Part shown: one piece after another, positions 40,561-51,177 of the stretch
Layout: the number at the start of each line of letters is the position of its first letter
Numbering within the stretch: the stretch's first letter is position 1
NCBI GenBank assembly: GCA_965204535.1
Contig: CBDBEV010000001.1
Location: forward strand, 1,280,001-1,344,000
Direction: 5' to 3'
Source of the DNA: a bacterium
GTDB lineage: Bacteria; UBA8248
Length of the DNA stretch: 64,000 nt
Translations under genes and position numbers: made by a program
The notes under the pieces: generated by a model
Databases searched by the model: none
Told to the model about the DNA's origin: nothing
What the model saw: only the letters and a program-made list of their open reading frames with translations

Positions 40561-41587
40561 TTAAAGTGGATACAGCCCCTTTCTCGGGAGCCTTTTCGTC
40601 AATTCTCGATACGTCAACCGCTTGTGGTCAAATCCTTGTGCCATTCTCTGCATTTGATCGGCAGTGTCAAGGGGCCGCTGGTTGTGGCGCCCCTCGAACT
40701 CGTTCACATAACGCTGTAGGTACTTGAACTCATCTTGTGGTAGGTGCCCATGTAACCGCGCTTGAGGAGCGCCCAGAACGATTCGACCCCGTTGGTGTGC
40801 GCTTGTTCCCTCACGTATTCTCCCGCGCTGTGTTTCACGGATTCATGTTCGAAATCGACCATACCCCGATAGGACGGATTATCGTCTATGTAGAGCGTCG
40901 CGCCCATGGCGGCGTTCTCTCGCACAAAGCCTTGCAAGGTGGGCTTGTCTGGTGAACCACCCCATTCCTCGCCAAGCTTCACTACTTCGGCGGAAATCCT
41001 GTTTGTTCCCGATCCTTCATCCCGATAACGGCGGTCTTGCCCACCGGTTCGCGTCCCGCTCGCAGCTTCTTGTTCGCGTGCTTGTTTCTCTCCTTGCCGC
41101 CGATGTAGGTCTCATCAACTTCTACTGGCCCTGTCATGGCATCGCCATCATCGAACAGAAACATACCTCCGTCCCATGTATCTTCTTCATCCTCCCACGC
41201 TTCCCTGATTCTGTGGCCTAGATGCCATGCGCTCTTTTGCGTGATGCCGAGGTCGCGGTGTAGCTTCATGCTGGAATGACCCTTGAAGTTGGTCGTCATG
41301 ATGTATATGGCAAATAACCACGTCTGGTAGCCAAGGGGGGAGGCGTGCATGAGAGTATCGGTTTTCACCGAGAAATCCTTGCGGCAATCACGGCAACGAT
41401 AGGGCTGAGGCTTGCGGGTCTTTCGTTCCTGCACATTCAGGCTCCTGCACTTCGGGCAACACACGCCATCCGGCCAGCGCGTCTTGATGAACCATTGCTC
41501 CGCCGCGTCATCATTGGGAAACATGCGGGTCAATTCGATGAGGGAAATGCCTTTGCGGTAATGTTTACCTGGGGCTTTCTGTGTCAT
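40561..41587 (-). pseudogene. IS1595-family DDE transposase, two frameshifts
   Basis: Zn ribbon RWPDGVCCPKC..YRCRDCRK, VEVDETYIGG, HTNGVESFWALLKRG, then YLQRYVNEFEGRHN in a third frame; shifts near 41008 and 40728. Confidence 0.92.
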
Positions 41588-41613
41588 GTAATTACCTCCT
41601 TTATTTTGGAAGC

Positions 41614-41642
41614 AATTTACCCTAACGGTATGAATTTGTCAA
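41614..41642 (-). promoter_or_regulatory. Putative transposase promoter
   Basis: TTGACA-N17-TAAATT inside the TIR, AAGGAGGT RBS downstream. Confidence 0.6.
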
Positions 41643-41693
41643 GTGGGTAACTTAGTATATAATTCCCTTTTCTTTTACACCGCTGATTGTCCG

Positions 41694-44174
41694 CTATTCA
41701 TCTACGGGGTGGTAGTTCAGTTCGCTCCCGGGCGGGGAATCGCCCTCGGTCGCTTCGTCCTCATAAAGAGCATCCGGCGGGGCGTCTTCCGTGAACTGCG
41801 TGTCATCCGCGTCCGCATCCTGCGGGGCGGGGGCGGGCTCCTTGAGAAGCGGGGCGAGTTTCGCCTCGCGGCGGATTCTTTCCGGCAGGCCGCTCCAGCG
41901 CCTCCTCACGCGCGCGTTTCCTATCGCCATGCCGAGCGCCTTTTTCGCCCCGACGAACACCGCCAGACGCTTCGCCCGCGTGAGGGCGGTGTAGACGAGG
42001 TTTCTCTGCAGCATCGGGAAGTGCTGGGTGTGGAGCGGGATGACGACGGCGGGGTATTCGCTCCCCTGGCTCTTGTGGACGGTGATGGCGTAGGCGTGCA
42101 TCACCTCATCGAGCGCGCCGCGCGTGTATTCGACGACGTTCGAATCGAAAGCGGCGCGAATGCTTCCCTCCTCCGGGGACACGCTCTTGACGACGCCGAT
42201 GTCGCCGTTGAACACGTCCTTGTCGTAGTTGTTGCGCACCTGGATGAGCTTGTCCCCGGTGCGGAACGTCCGGCCTCCGCTCTGGAGCGCGGGCGCGCTT
42301 CCGGCGGGGTTGAGCGCTTCCTGCAGGCGCGCGTTCAGGCTCTGCACGCCGAGCACGCCGCGCTGCATGGGGGAGATGACCTGGAGGTCGGCGATGGCGT
42401 CGATCTGGAACCGATCGGGAATGCGCTCGCGGCACAGTTCGATGATGAGGTCGGCGCAGCGCTCCGCCTCGCTCTCCTCGATGAAGTAATAGTCGAGCGG
42501 GGCGTCTTCTTTTTCCCCCTTGCCGTTTCGGGGCATCTCGCCGCGGTTCACGCGGTGGGCGTTCTCGACGATCAGGCTCTCCTGCGCCTGTCGGAAGACC
42601 TCCGTGAGCCGCGCCACGGGCAGGGTTTCCGACGTGATGACGTCGCTTAAGACGTTGCCGGGCCCCACGGAGGGGAGCTGGTCCACGTCGCCCACCAGGA
42701 CAAGCGTCGCCGGGTCGGGTACCGCGCGCAGCAGGTGGGCCGTCAGGTGTACGTCGAGCATCGAGGCCTCATCAATAATTACGATGTCGCCGGTGAGCGG
42801 GTTTTCCGCATCGCGGGTGAAGCCGCCCGAGTGCCAGCTGTATTCGAGCAGTCTGTGGATGGTGGCCGCCTCGTGGCCTGTGACTTCAGAAAGACGCTTG
42901 GCCGCCCGGCCCGTAGGGGCGCCGAGGATGACCTGGAGGCCGAGTTTCGTGTAGAGGTTCGTGACGGCGCTCACGATGGTCGTCTTGCCGGTGCCGGGGC
43001 CGCCCGTGACGATGAGCACTTTCTGCGTGAGCGCGCCCTCTATCGCCGCCCCCTGATCCTTCGTCGCCTTGCCGCCCTCGAGCGCGCGCCGGGCGAGATG
43101 GCCGAGACGCTCTTTCGTCGTGCTCCCGGGCGCTCCCTGTCCCCGCATGGCGGCTTCGAGACGCGCCTCGTCGCGCGGCGTGCGGATGAGCGCGGCGAGA
43201 CGGCGGGCGACCTCGCATTCCGCGGCGTAGAGCGGACGCGCGTAGACGCGCTTGCCCTCGGCCGAAGCGAGGTTCTCGACCATGTTCGCCGATTCGATCA
43301 CCACCGAGCCGCCCTGGCCCAGGTTCTCGAGAACGGGAGCGAGGGCGTCGGCTTCGGTCTCGAGCATCTCGGCGGCCGTCTCCATCAGGTCGCCGTAGGG
43401 CAGAAAGCAGTGGCCCTCGCGCTCGGCGAGCTGGTTTAGGACGTAGACGGCTCCCGCCGCCAGGCGTTTGGGAGAGTCAACGGGAATTCCCAGCTTCTGC
43501 GCGATGCGGTCCGCGCTCTTGAAGCCCACGCCGTGAATCTCTGACGCCAGGCGATAGGGGTCTTCGCGCAGAATCCGTATGGACGCCTCGCCGTAGGTTC
43601 TCAGGATTTTCTCGGATAGATGGAGCGGGACGTCGTATTGACGGAGAAAAAGCATGATCTCCTTGACCTCGCTCTGGCTCTTCCAGCTCTCGACGATGGC
43701 TTCGAGCTTCTTCGCGCCCAGACCGGCGACTTCCGTGAGGCGCTCGGGGTGGTTGTCGAGGATTTCGAGGGATTTCTCCCCGAAGCGCGTAACGATTCTC
43801 CTGGCGAGAGCGGGGCCGATGTTCTTCACGATGCCGGACGCCAGGTACTTTTCGATTCCCTCGATTGTCGTGGGTGTCAGCGGGCGGGCGAGCTCGGCGT
43901 GGAACTGGCGGCCGAACCTGGGGTGATCCTTCCAGCCGCCCTCGAAGCGCGCGCGCTCGCCCTCGCGGATGGAGGAGAGATAGCCCACAACGGCCACGCG
44001 GGGGAAATCCTCGTTGTCCGGCTGGACGAGCAGGACGCTGTAGCCGGTGTCCTCCGCGCGGAAGCGGATGCGCTCGACCGCGCCGGTCAGTTCGGTCCCG
44101 TCTTGCGGGAAGAGGCCCGCCTGGGGAGGAGGGGTCCTTCTTCCGGGGCGTGGTGTTCTCGGTTTGCGCGTCAT
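41694..44174 (-). CDS. recD2: ATP-dependent RecD2 helicase
   Basis: HhH repeats, TGGPGTGKTT, APTGRAAKRL, DEASM, YAITVHKSQGSE. Confidence 0.93.
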   Translation of the reverse strand: MTRKPRTPRPGRRTPPPQAGLFPQDGTELTGAVERIRFRAEDTGYSVLLVQPDNEDFPRVAVVGYLSSIREGERARFEGGWKDHPRFGRQFHAELARPLTPTTIEGIEKYLASGIVKNIGPALARRIVTRFGEKSLEILDNHPERLTEVAGLGAKKLEAIVESWKSQSEVKEIMLFLRQYDVPLHLSEKILRTYGEASIRILREDPYRLASEIHGVGFKSADRIAQKLGIPVDSPKRLAAGAVYVLNQLAEREGHCFLPYGDLMETAAEMLETEADALAPVLENLGQGGSVVIESANMVENLASAEGKRVYARPLYAAECEVARRLAALIRTPRDEARLEAAMRGQGAPGSTTKERLGHLARRALEGGKATKDQGAAIEGALTQKVLIVTGGPGTGKTTIVSAVTNLYTKLGLQVILGAPTGRAAKRLSEVTGHEAATIHRLLEYSWHSGGFTRDAENPLTGDIVIIDEASMLDVHLTAHLLRAVPDPATLVLVGDVDQLPSVGPGNVLSDVITSETLPVARLTEVFRQAQESLIVENAHRVNRGEMPRNGKGEKEDAPLDYYFIEESEAERCADLIIELCRERIPDRFQIDAIADLQVISPMQRGVLGVQSLNARLQEALNPAGSAPALQSGGRTFRTGDKLIQVRNNYDKDVFNGDIGVVKSVSPEEGSIRAAFDSNVVEYTRGALDEVMHAYAITVHKSQGSEYPAVVIPLHTQHFPMLQRNLVYTALTRAKRLAVFVGAKKALGMAIGNARVRRRWSGLPERIRREAKLAPLLKEPAPAPQDADADDTQFTEDAPPDALYEDEATEGDSPPGSELNYHPVDE

Positions 44175-44254
44175 GGGCCGTTCCTGATCGCATCCGGCCG
44201 GGCGGAGCGGTGCGTCACCGGTTGCGCGTGGCCGGGGTCAGAGCGAGCGTCAGT

Positions 44255-45058
44255 TCAGCCCCCGCTCCTTCCGGTTTTTTTCGCTTCATTCCAGAGCGTT
44301 TCCAGCTCTTCGAGCGTCACGTCCTCGGGCGAGAGTCCCCGGGCGCGCAGCGCTTGTTCCATATGGTGAAAACGCGCGGTAAAGCGCGCGATGCAGGCGC
44401 GGGCCGCTCCCTCGGCGCTCACCCCGAGCTTCCGGGAGAGGTTCACGGCGGCGAAGAGAAGATCGCCCATCTCTTGTTCGATCGCTTCGCGGTCTTCTTT
44501 CCGCATCGCCGCCTTGAGTTCCGCCCATTCTTCTTCCACCTTGTCCGCCGCTCCGGCCGGGTCCGGCCAGTCGAAGCCCACGCGCGAAGCCTTTCCCTGA
44601 AGTCTCTGGGCGCGCTGGAGCGCGGGCATGGCGGCGGGCACGCCGTCGAGAATGGAGGCCGCGCCGTTCTCATCCCCCGCGCGGGACTTTCGCTTGCTGA
44701 TCTCCCAGTTCCGGAGCACCTCGCCACTGGTCTCGGCCAGAGCGTCCTCGAACACGTGGGGGTGGCGGTCGATCATCTTCTGCGCGAGGGCGCGGGCGGT
44801 TTCCTCGGCGTCGAAGAGGCCCTTCTCCTCGGCGAGTCGGCAGTGGAAGAGTACCTGAAGCAGGAGGTCGCCCAACTCTTCTTTGAGCATGGCGGGGTCG
44901 CCCGCCTCGATGGCCTCCATCACCTCGTAGGCTTCCTCAATGAGGTAGGGCTTGAGGCTCTGGTGGTCCTGCTCCTTGTCCCAGGGGCAGCCGTCCGGCG
45001 CTCTGAGGCGGGCCATAACCTCCACCGCGCGCTCGAAACCGCTTTTGTTCTCGCTCAA
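44255..45058 (-). CDS. mazG: Nucleoside triphosphate pyrophosphohydrolase
   Basis: GCPWDKEQ, EEAYE, EELGDLL, RHPHVF. Confidence 0.95.
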   Translation of the reverse strand: MSENKSGFERAVEVMARLRAPDGCPWDKEQDHQSLKPYLIEEAYEVMEAIEAGDPAMLKEELGDLLLQVLFHCRLAEEKGLFDAEETARALAQKMIDRHPHVFEDALAETSGEVLRNWEISKRKSRAGDENGAASILDGVPAAMPALQRAQRLQGKASRVGFDWPDPAGAADKVEEEWAELKAAMRKEDREAIEQEMGDLLFAAVNLSRKLGVSAEGAARACIARFTARFHHMEQALRARGLSPEDVTLEELETLWNEAKKTGRSGG

Positions 45059-45246
45059 TGCCTGGCCTCACGATTGGGAATCCCGACGCCCGCAGTATAC
45101 GCGCAACGTCCCCGGAGGGGCAACGATCCTCCGGGGGGCCGCCGCATGATATGGGCGGATCGGATACGGGCGAGCGCGGTATGTCTTGACGGGAGACGAC
45201 GCCGAGGGGGGAGATCGTCGTCTGCACCAGTTTCGTCGAGCGTTTC

Positions 45247-46305
45247 TCAGGAAACAGTCGTTTGCGTCCCGATATTTTCCCGTTTCTCCAATGGAAAATG
45301 GCAGGCGGCCTCGGTTCCGCCGGGATAAGACGTCAGCATCGGCATTTCGACTCGGCACCTCTCTTCTCTTTGGGGACAACGGCTGTAAAAACGGCAAAGG
45401 TGCGGGGAAGGATCGATGGGGCTCATCGGCTCGCCGGTCAATCGCACCCGTTCGGTGCGCTCGTTCGTGTTGATGGCGGGTATGGCGGAGAGGAGCGCCC
45501 GGGTGTAGGGATGGCGGGGGTGACGCAGAATTTCCCGGGTGGGACCGGCCTCCACGATTTTGCCGAGATACATCACCAGAACCCGTTGGCAGAGCAGCCG
45601 GACGACGTTCAGATCATGGGAGACGAACAGATAGCTCATCCCGAGGCGGTTCTTCAAATCTTCGAGAAGATGCAGGATGACCGCCTGAACCGAAACGTCC
45701 AGGGCGGAGGTGGGCTCGTCCAGAATGAGGAGCGAGGGTTCGAGCGCTATCGCGCGGGCGATTCCGACCCGCGCCTTCTGACCGCCGGAGAGCTGGTGCG
45801 GATAACGGGTCAGGAATTCGGGGGCGAGACCCACCAGAGCGCAGAGTTCCTCCACGCGCTTCGCCAGTTCGGGGCCGCTCCGCATCCCGCCCAGACGCAA
45901 GAGCGGATCGGCGACCGCCCGAAAAGTCGTGAACCCGGGATTCAGGCTTTCCGTGGGGTCCTGGAAAACCATCTGGATTTTCCGGCGCTTCTCGCCCTGG
46001 ATGAAGCGGCTCGCCGGAATCCCCCCGATGTTCCTGCCCTCGAAGGCGATGGCGCCCGATGTCGGGTCCTGCAGGCGGGCGATCAAGCGGGCGAGGGTGG
46101 ATTTCCCGCAGCCGGACTCGCCGACGAGGCCGACGCTCTCTCCCGCTTGTATCGAGAAGGTCACGCCGTCCACGGCGTGGAGATGGCCCGCTTCGCCTCG
46201 TTCTTCGGCCCCCATGCCCCGCAGCGAATTCCAGATCCTTGCCATCGCTCCGCTTCTGCGGATCGGGAACTTCTTCAGGAGGTCGACGGTTTGGAGCAAT
46301 GCCAT
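45247..46305 (-). CDS. Peptide/nickel ABC transporter ATP-binding subunit
   Basis: GESGCGKST, LSGGQ, DEPTSALD, HPYT. Confidence 0.93.
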   Translation of the reverse strand: MALLQTVDLLKKFPIRRSGAMARIWNSLRGMGAEERGEAGHLHAVDGVTFSIQAGESVGLVGESGCGKSTLARLIARLQDPTSGAIAFEGRNIGGIPASRFIQGEKRRKIQMVFQDPTESLNPGFTTFRAVADPLLRLGGMRSGPELAKRVEELCALVGLAPEFLTRYPHQLSGGQKARVGIARAIALEPSLLILDEPTSALDVSVQAVILHLLEDLKNRLGMSYLFVSHDLNVVRLLCQRVLVMYLGKIVEAGPTREILRHPRHPYTRALLSAIPAINTNERTERVRLTGEPMSPIDPSPHLCRFYSRCPQREERCRVEMPMLTSYPGGTEAACHFPLEKRENIGTQTTVS

Positions 46306-47276
46306 CAGAGCGGATACCGGCAGGCGACGAGATGGCCCGCTTCGGTCTCCAGGCGGGGAAGCGGCGGCTCGAGGCAATCCTCTTTGAGGTGTTCGCACCG
46401 CTCGCTATAGCGGCAAGCCGGGAGTTCCGCGCGCAGATCCGGCAGGTTGCCGGGAATCGAAGAAAGCTCGGCGAGGTCTCTGCTCGCATTCGGCGTGGCC
46501 CCGATGAGTTTCGCCGTGTAGGGATGCCGCGGACGCATGAACAGGTATTCGGTATCGGCCACTTCGACCACGTGTCCCGAGTGCATGACGATTATCCTGT
46601 CGCAGTATTCCGCGGCGAGTCCGAGGTCGTGGGTGATGAGGATCGTTCCCATGTTTCTCTCACGCGCCGCGTCCTTGACGAGGTCCATGATCGCCGCCTG
46701 GGTCGTTACGTCCAGACCCGTTACGGGTTCGTCCGCTATCAGGAGCCAGGGGTTGGAGGAGATGGCGATTGCAATCATCACGCGCTGGCACATGCCGCCG
46801 GAGAGTTCGAACGGATAGGCGCGATAGCGTTTTTCCGGGTCGGGGATGTGGACCTGGTTGAGCAGATCGAGTGCGCGCTCCCGAATCTGCCGGCCGCGGA
46901 AACTGCTGTGGCGATAGATGACGTCCTCCAGCTGGCTGCCGATGGTCCGAATGGGGTTCAGCGCCGTTCTCGGGCTTTGGAAGATCATGGATATCTCGCG
47001 CCCGCGCATCTCCTGTAGTTCCTGCCCGGATTTTTCGAACAAAGAGATGCCCCCGAAAACAATCCGGCCCGAGGTGATTCTCGCCGCCGGATCGGAAATC
47101 CCCATGATGGCGTATGACATCACGGATTTTCCCGAACCGCTCTCGCCGACGACGCCGACCGTCTCCCCCTTTTCAATCTCGAAGCTGACGTTCTCGAGCG
47201 CCTTGACGACGCCTGTGCGCGTGCGGAATTCGAGCGAGAGATTATCGACGGCGAGAAGAGGGTTCCGGGATTCCAT
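46305..47276 (-). CDS. Peptide/nickel ABC transporter ATP-binding subunit
   Basis: GESGSGKS, LSGGMCQR, HPYT. Confidence 0.93.
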   Translation of the reverse strand: MESRNPLLAVDNLSLEFRTRTGVVKALENVSFEIEKGETVGVVGESGSGKSVMSYAIMGISDPAARITSGRIVFGGISLFEKSGQELQEMRGREISMIFQSPRTALNPIRTIGSQLEDVIYRHSSFRGRQIRERALDLLNQVHIPDPEKRYRAYPFELSGGMCQRVMIAIAISSNPWLLIADEPVTGLDVTTQAAIMDLVKDAARERNMGTILITHDLGLAAEYCDRIIVMHSGHVVEVADTEYLFMRPRHPYTAKLIGATPNASRDLAELSSIPGNLPDLRAELPACRYSERCEHLKEDCLEPPLPRLETEAGHLVACRYPL

Positions 47277-48121
47277 CACGTCCTCATTCTCGGGTCGATC
47301 AGATCGCGGAGGCCGTCGCCCAAGAGGTTGAAGCACAGCACGGCGAGCATCAGGGCGGCTCCGGGAAAGATGGCCAGCCACCACTCGCCGGAGACGATGA
47401 ACTTGGCGCCCTCGGCCACCATGATGCCCCACTCGGGAGTCGGGGGCCGGACGCCGAGGCCGATGAAGGAGAGTCCCGCCGCGTTCAGTATGGCGTAACC
47501 CATGTTCAGCGATATCTGAACCATCATGGGCGGCATGATGTTGGGTCCCATGTGAAATAACAGGATCCGGCCGTGTCCATTCCCCGAAAGGCGCGCCGCC
47601 TCCACGAACCCCGCTTCACGGCGCGAATTCGCCTCGGCCCGCGCCACGCGCGCATAGAAGGGGAAGTTGATGACCGCCGTCGTGTAGACGATGTTCTCAA
47701 TCGTGTTCCCCAGAGCCGAAACGATGCCCATGGCCAGCACGAAGAGGGGAAACGCCATGATGGTGTCGGTGAGACGACTGATGAGCTTGTCCGTCATCCC
47801 TCCGAAGTAGCCTGCGCATACGCCGGCGACGCTTCCCGCGACGAAGGAGAGCGAAACGGCCGCCACGGATATCGCGAGGTCGAGCCGCGTGGCCGTGATG
47901 ACGCGGCTGAAAACGTCTCGCCCCAGATTGTCGGTGCCGAACGGGTGCGCCCAAGAAGGCGGCTTGAGAGCGTTGGCCGTGTCGCTGGCGAGGGGATCGT
48001 AGGGCGCGAGCCAGGGGCCGAACAAACCGAGGGCCAACAGCAAAAAGAAAAGGACGAACGAGAAAAGCGTGACGGGATTCTCCCCCATCACGTAGCGCAG
48101 GTGACGGAAATAGGCCTTCAT
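47276..48121 (-). CDS. Peptide/nickel ABC transporter permease (DppC-like)
   Basis: HPFGTDNLGRD, FVEAARLSG, PPTPEWG. Confidence 0.93.
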   Translation of the reverse strand: MKAYFRHLRYVMGENPVTLFSFVLFFLLLALGLFGPWLAPYDPLASDTANALKPPSWAHPFGTDNLGRDVFSRVITATRLDLAISVAAVSLSFVAGSVAGVCAGYFGGMTDKLISRLTDTIMAFPLFVLAMGIVSALGNTIENIVYTTAVINFPFYARVARAEANSRREAGFVEAARLSGNGHGRILLFHMGPNIMPPMMVQISLNMGYAILNAAGLSFIGLGVRPPTPEWGIMVAEGAKFIVSGEWWLAIFPGAALMLAVLCFNLLGDGLRDLIDPRMRT

Positions 48122-48125
48122 TCAC

Positions 48126-49154
48126 TTAGCCTTCCAGCCCGATACGCGGGTCGACCACCGTATAGAGAATGTCGATCGCCAGGTTCAGGAGCACGTACAT
48201 CAACGCCATGGCCAGAACGAAACCCTGCACGGCGGCATAGTCCGAGGCGATGAGGGCCTCGATGGCGAACGAGCCGATGCCCGGCCAGGCGAAGACTTTC
48301 TCGACCAGAACGTTCGCCCCCAGCAGGAACGAGAACACCATCCCAAGCGTGGTGAGGACGGGGAGAATGGCGTTTTGAAAGGCATAGACCCACAGCACCG
48401 TCCGGCGCGACAAACCGCTCGCCCGCGCCGTGCGAACGAAGTCGCTCGAGAGAACCCCCAGCATCGCGGCCCTTGTCATCCGCGCGAGCGGGGCCAGGGC
48501 GAAAATCGCCAGTGTCGAGGCGGGGAGAATCATCTGGGAAAATGATGCGCGAAAGATATCCAAATCACCCGCGATGAGGCTGTCGATCAGGTAGAAACCC
48601 GTGACGTGTTCGGGGGCGATGTGGATGATGCTCAGGCGTCCGAGGGGAGCGGGCGAGAGTCCCAGCAGAAAATAGAAGATATAGACGAGGAACAACCCGG
48701 TGAAGAAGGTAGGCAACGAAACTCCGATGGTCACGACCAGCCGGCAGAGGTGATCGACGAGTGAGTTGGGCCGCGTGGCCGCCAGTATTCCCAGAGGGAT
48801 GGCGATGGCGACGGCGAGAAACAGGCCCATGAGCGTGAGTTCGAGCGAAGCCGGAAGGCGCGTGGCGAGTTCTTCCATGACGGGCTGGCCCGTGCTGATG
48901 GATTTGCCCAGGTCTCCGCGTGAGAGATTCTGGAGGTAGACCCAGAATTGCTCGGGCCAGCTCTTGTCGAGGCCCAGAGAGGCGCGTATCTCGGCGATGG
49001 ATTTCTCATCCGCCGCAGGCCCGGCGAAGAACACCGCCGGGTCGCCCGGCAAGGCTCGCGTCAGGATGAACGTCACCACGATGATGCCCATCACGACCGG
49101 CGCCGCCTGCAGGAGACGCCGGCCGATCAGGAGCAGGGAATCGCCTTTCATCAC
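48126..49154 (-). CDS. Peptide/nickel ABC transporter permease (DppB-like)
   Basis: LPGDPA, GDLGKS, FVRTARASG, EKVFAWPGIG. Confidence 0.93.
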   Translation of the reverse strand: MMKGDSLLLIGRRLLQAAPVVMGIIVVTFILTRALPGDPAVFFAGPAADEKSIAEIRASLGLDKSWPEQFWVYLQNLSRGDLGKSISTGQPVMEELATRLPASLELTLMGLFLAVAIAIPLGILAATRPNSLVDHLCRLVVTIGVSLPTFFTGLFLVYIFYFLLGLSPAPLGRLSIIHIAPEHVTGFYLIDSLIAGDLDIFRASFSQMILPASTLAIFALAPLARMTRAAMLGVLSSDFVRTARASGLSRRTVLWVYAFQNAILPVLTTLGMVFSFLLGANVLVEKVFAWPGIGSFAIEALIASDYAAVQGFVLAMALMYVLLNLAIDILYTVVDPRIGLEG

Positions 49155-49200
49155 ATCGTCCCCCCCTTCAAAGGACGCACTGCATTGCTGCGAACCGGCT

Positions 49201-50862
49201 TCAGGCCTGTTTCGGCAGTTTCTTGAACGGCCTCACGTCGAGTTGACGGTGGAACCAGTACTCGTAACCTTCGATGTGCTTTTGCATGGCGACATCGAGA
49301 TAGGGCTGCCAGAGCGGGATGAGGGGAACGTCCTCAAAGGCGATTTTGATGAACGCCTTGACGCGCTCCGCGTAGCCGGGGCTGCCCACCGGCATGTGCA
49401 GGGTTTCGTCGACCAGCTTGTTCAGCTTCGGGTTGTCGTAGTTCATCGAGTTGAACAGGCGCTTGGGCTGGTAGGCCCAGAAGAAATAATACTCAGGGTA
49501 ATTCAGCCAGCCCCCGAAGTTCTTGAGGTGCATCGGGAGCTTTTTCTCGACGAGCGCCTTCGTCCGCCAGCCCGAGCCGGGGATCTTGTCGAGCTTCGCT
49601 TCAATCCCCACCTTGCCGAGCCCCTCCTGGATGAGGAGCGCCGTCGGCTCCGTCCAGTAGGCGAGCCCGAGGTTGAACGACAGCGTGACCTTGAAGCCCT
49701 CCGCGTAGCCGGCCTCCTTGAGCAGCGCCTTCGCCTTCTCCGGGTCGGTGTCGTAGGGGAAGGGCTGGGGCCACAGCGTGCCGGCGGGATCGGCGGATTT
49801 CGCTCCCCAAAGCGGCAGGCCGCGCTCATAGGCCGCCGCCTTGAATATCTTCTCATAGGGCATGGCGTAGGCCATCGCCTGGCGGACCCGCACGTCGGCG
49901 AAGGGCTTGAAGTTCAGGTTGAGACCTACGGCGTGGATGCAGTTCTCGATGGGGACTCCTGCGATCTTGAGCTTCTTGTTGCTCGTGAGCTCCTTGGTGT
50001 CTTTCGGCGGGAGATCGAGAGAGACGTCGGCGTCGCCCCGAAGCAGGAGGGCGCGGCGCGTGGAGGCGGACGCCACCTCGCGGACGATCACCCGCTTCAC
50101 GCCGGGCAGGGGACCCGACTTCCACTCGTCGTTGCGAATGTAAACGGTCTGCTGGCCGGGCTTCCAACGCCCCAGCTTGAAGGCCCCGCCCCCTTGCGGG
50201 TTCTTGTGCAGATACTCCGTCGCCCACGGGTCGGCCTTCGTGGCTTTGGCCTTTGCGGCGGCCGAATTGATGATGAGGGGTACGGGAACGCCCAGGTCGG
50301 GCAGCGTGAGCTTGCTCTTGCGGATGAAATTGATCTTGAAGGTGTACTTATCCACGGCGATGAACTGTTCGGGCTTGATGAGCGAGCCCGCCTTCATCTG
50401 CACGGCCGGAAAACCGCCGAGCGAGACCGCGCGGTCGAAAGACCATTTCACGTCATGGGCGGTGACCGGTTTTCCGTCGTGGAACTTGGCGTCTTTGCGG
50501 ATATTGAAGGTGACGGACATGCCGTCGGGCGCAAAGCTCCAGGACTCGGCCAGTTCCGGTTCGATCTTCTGATAGTCGTACATGACGTTGCCGTCGGGCA
50601 GCTTCTTGCGCCCATAGGTGACGAGGCGGTCGTAGATGTTCACGGCGACCTGATAGCTCGGACGGTTGGTTCCCTTCCTGTGGATGTCCATGCTGTTGGG
50701 GCCGTTACCGATCACGACCACGAGCGTGTCGCGGCCGGCGGCAGCCTCGGCGGGCAGGTATTTCAGGAGCGGCAACAACCCCGCCCCGGCGGCGGCACCT
50801 GCCCCGATTTTCAGAAAATCACGGCGCTTGAACTGCTTGTTATCCGGTACGTCCCTGTTCAT
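49201..50862 (-). CDS. ABC substrate-binding protein family 5, Tat-exported
   Basis: KRRDFLK Tat motif; PELAESW, FHDGKPVTAHDV. Confidence 0.93.
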   Translation of the reverse strand: MNRDVPDNKQFKRRDFLKIGAGAAAGAGLLPLLKYLPAEAAAGRDTLVVVIGNGPNSMDIHRKGTNRPSYQVAVNIYDRLVTYGRKKLPDGNVMYDYQKIEPELAESWSFAPDGMSVTFNIRKDAKFHDGKPVTAHDVKWSFDRAVSLGGFPAVQMKAGSLIKPEQFIAVDKYTFKINFIRKSKLTLPDLGVPVPLIINSAAAKAKATKADPWATEYLHKNPQGGGAFKLGRWKPGQQTVYIRNDEWKSGPLPGVKRVIVREVASASTRRALLLRGDADVSLDLPPKDTKELTSNKKLKIAGVPIENCIHAVGLNLNFKPFADVRVRQAMAYAMPYEKIFKAAAYERGLPLWGAKSADPAGTLWPQPFPYDTDPEKAKALLKEAGYAEGFKVTLSFNLGLAYWTEPTALLIQEGLGKVGIEAKLDKIPGSGWRTKALVEKKLPMHLKNFGGWLNYPEYYFFWAYQPKRLFNSMNYDNPKLNKLVDETLHMPVGSPGYAERVKAFIKIAFEDVPLIPLWQPYLDVAMQKHIEGYEYWFHRQLDVRPFKKLPKQA

Positions 50863-51177
50863 GCTCGTCTCCTTCGTTGTGCCCGGCGGTGCGGGCTCTG
50901 GGAAAATAGTGACCTGTACGGATGAAGATTCGAGCCGATTGAACGCTGCCGCCCCATTGCTGCATACATCAGGCTACGGGCAAGACGTGTCTTGCAGGTT
51001 TCGTGATAGTTAATTGCGGGTTTCCGATTTGTTTCCTGAATGTTTCCTGGATGTCGTGGATATCCCATGATATGGCGTAATTATGCGATTATAGGCACAA
51101 AATGTTGTGGTTATCACTTGACAACTCCCCCTGAATGCGGGACATTGGACGGCGACGGGCAACAACACGAGGACCCC

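Larger units (their letters stand above)
37928..41667 (-). mobile_element. IS1595-family element with passenger genes (3740 bp)
   Basis: Perfect 23-bp TIR gggaattatatactaagttaccc (37928-37950 / 41645-41667); 8-bp TSD ttttcttt (37920-37927 / 41668-41675); lower GC than flanks. Confidence 0.95.
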
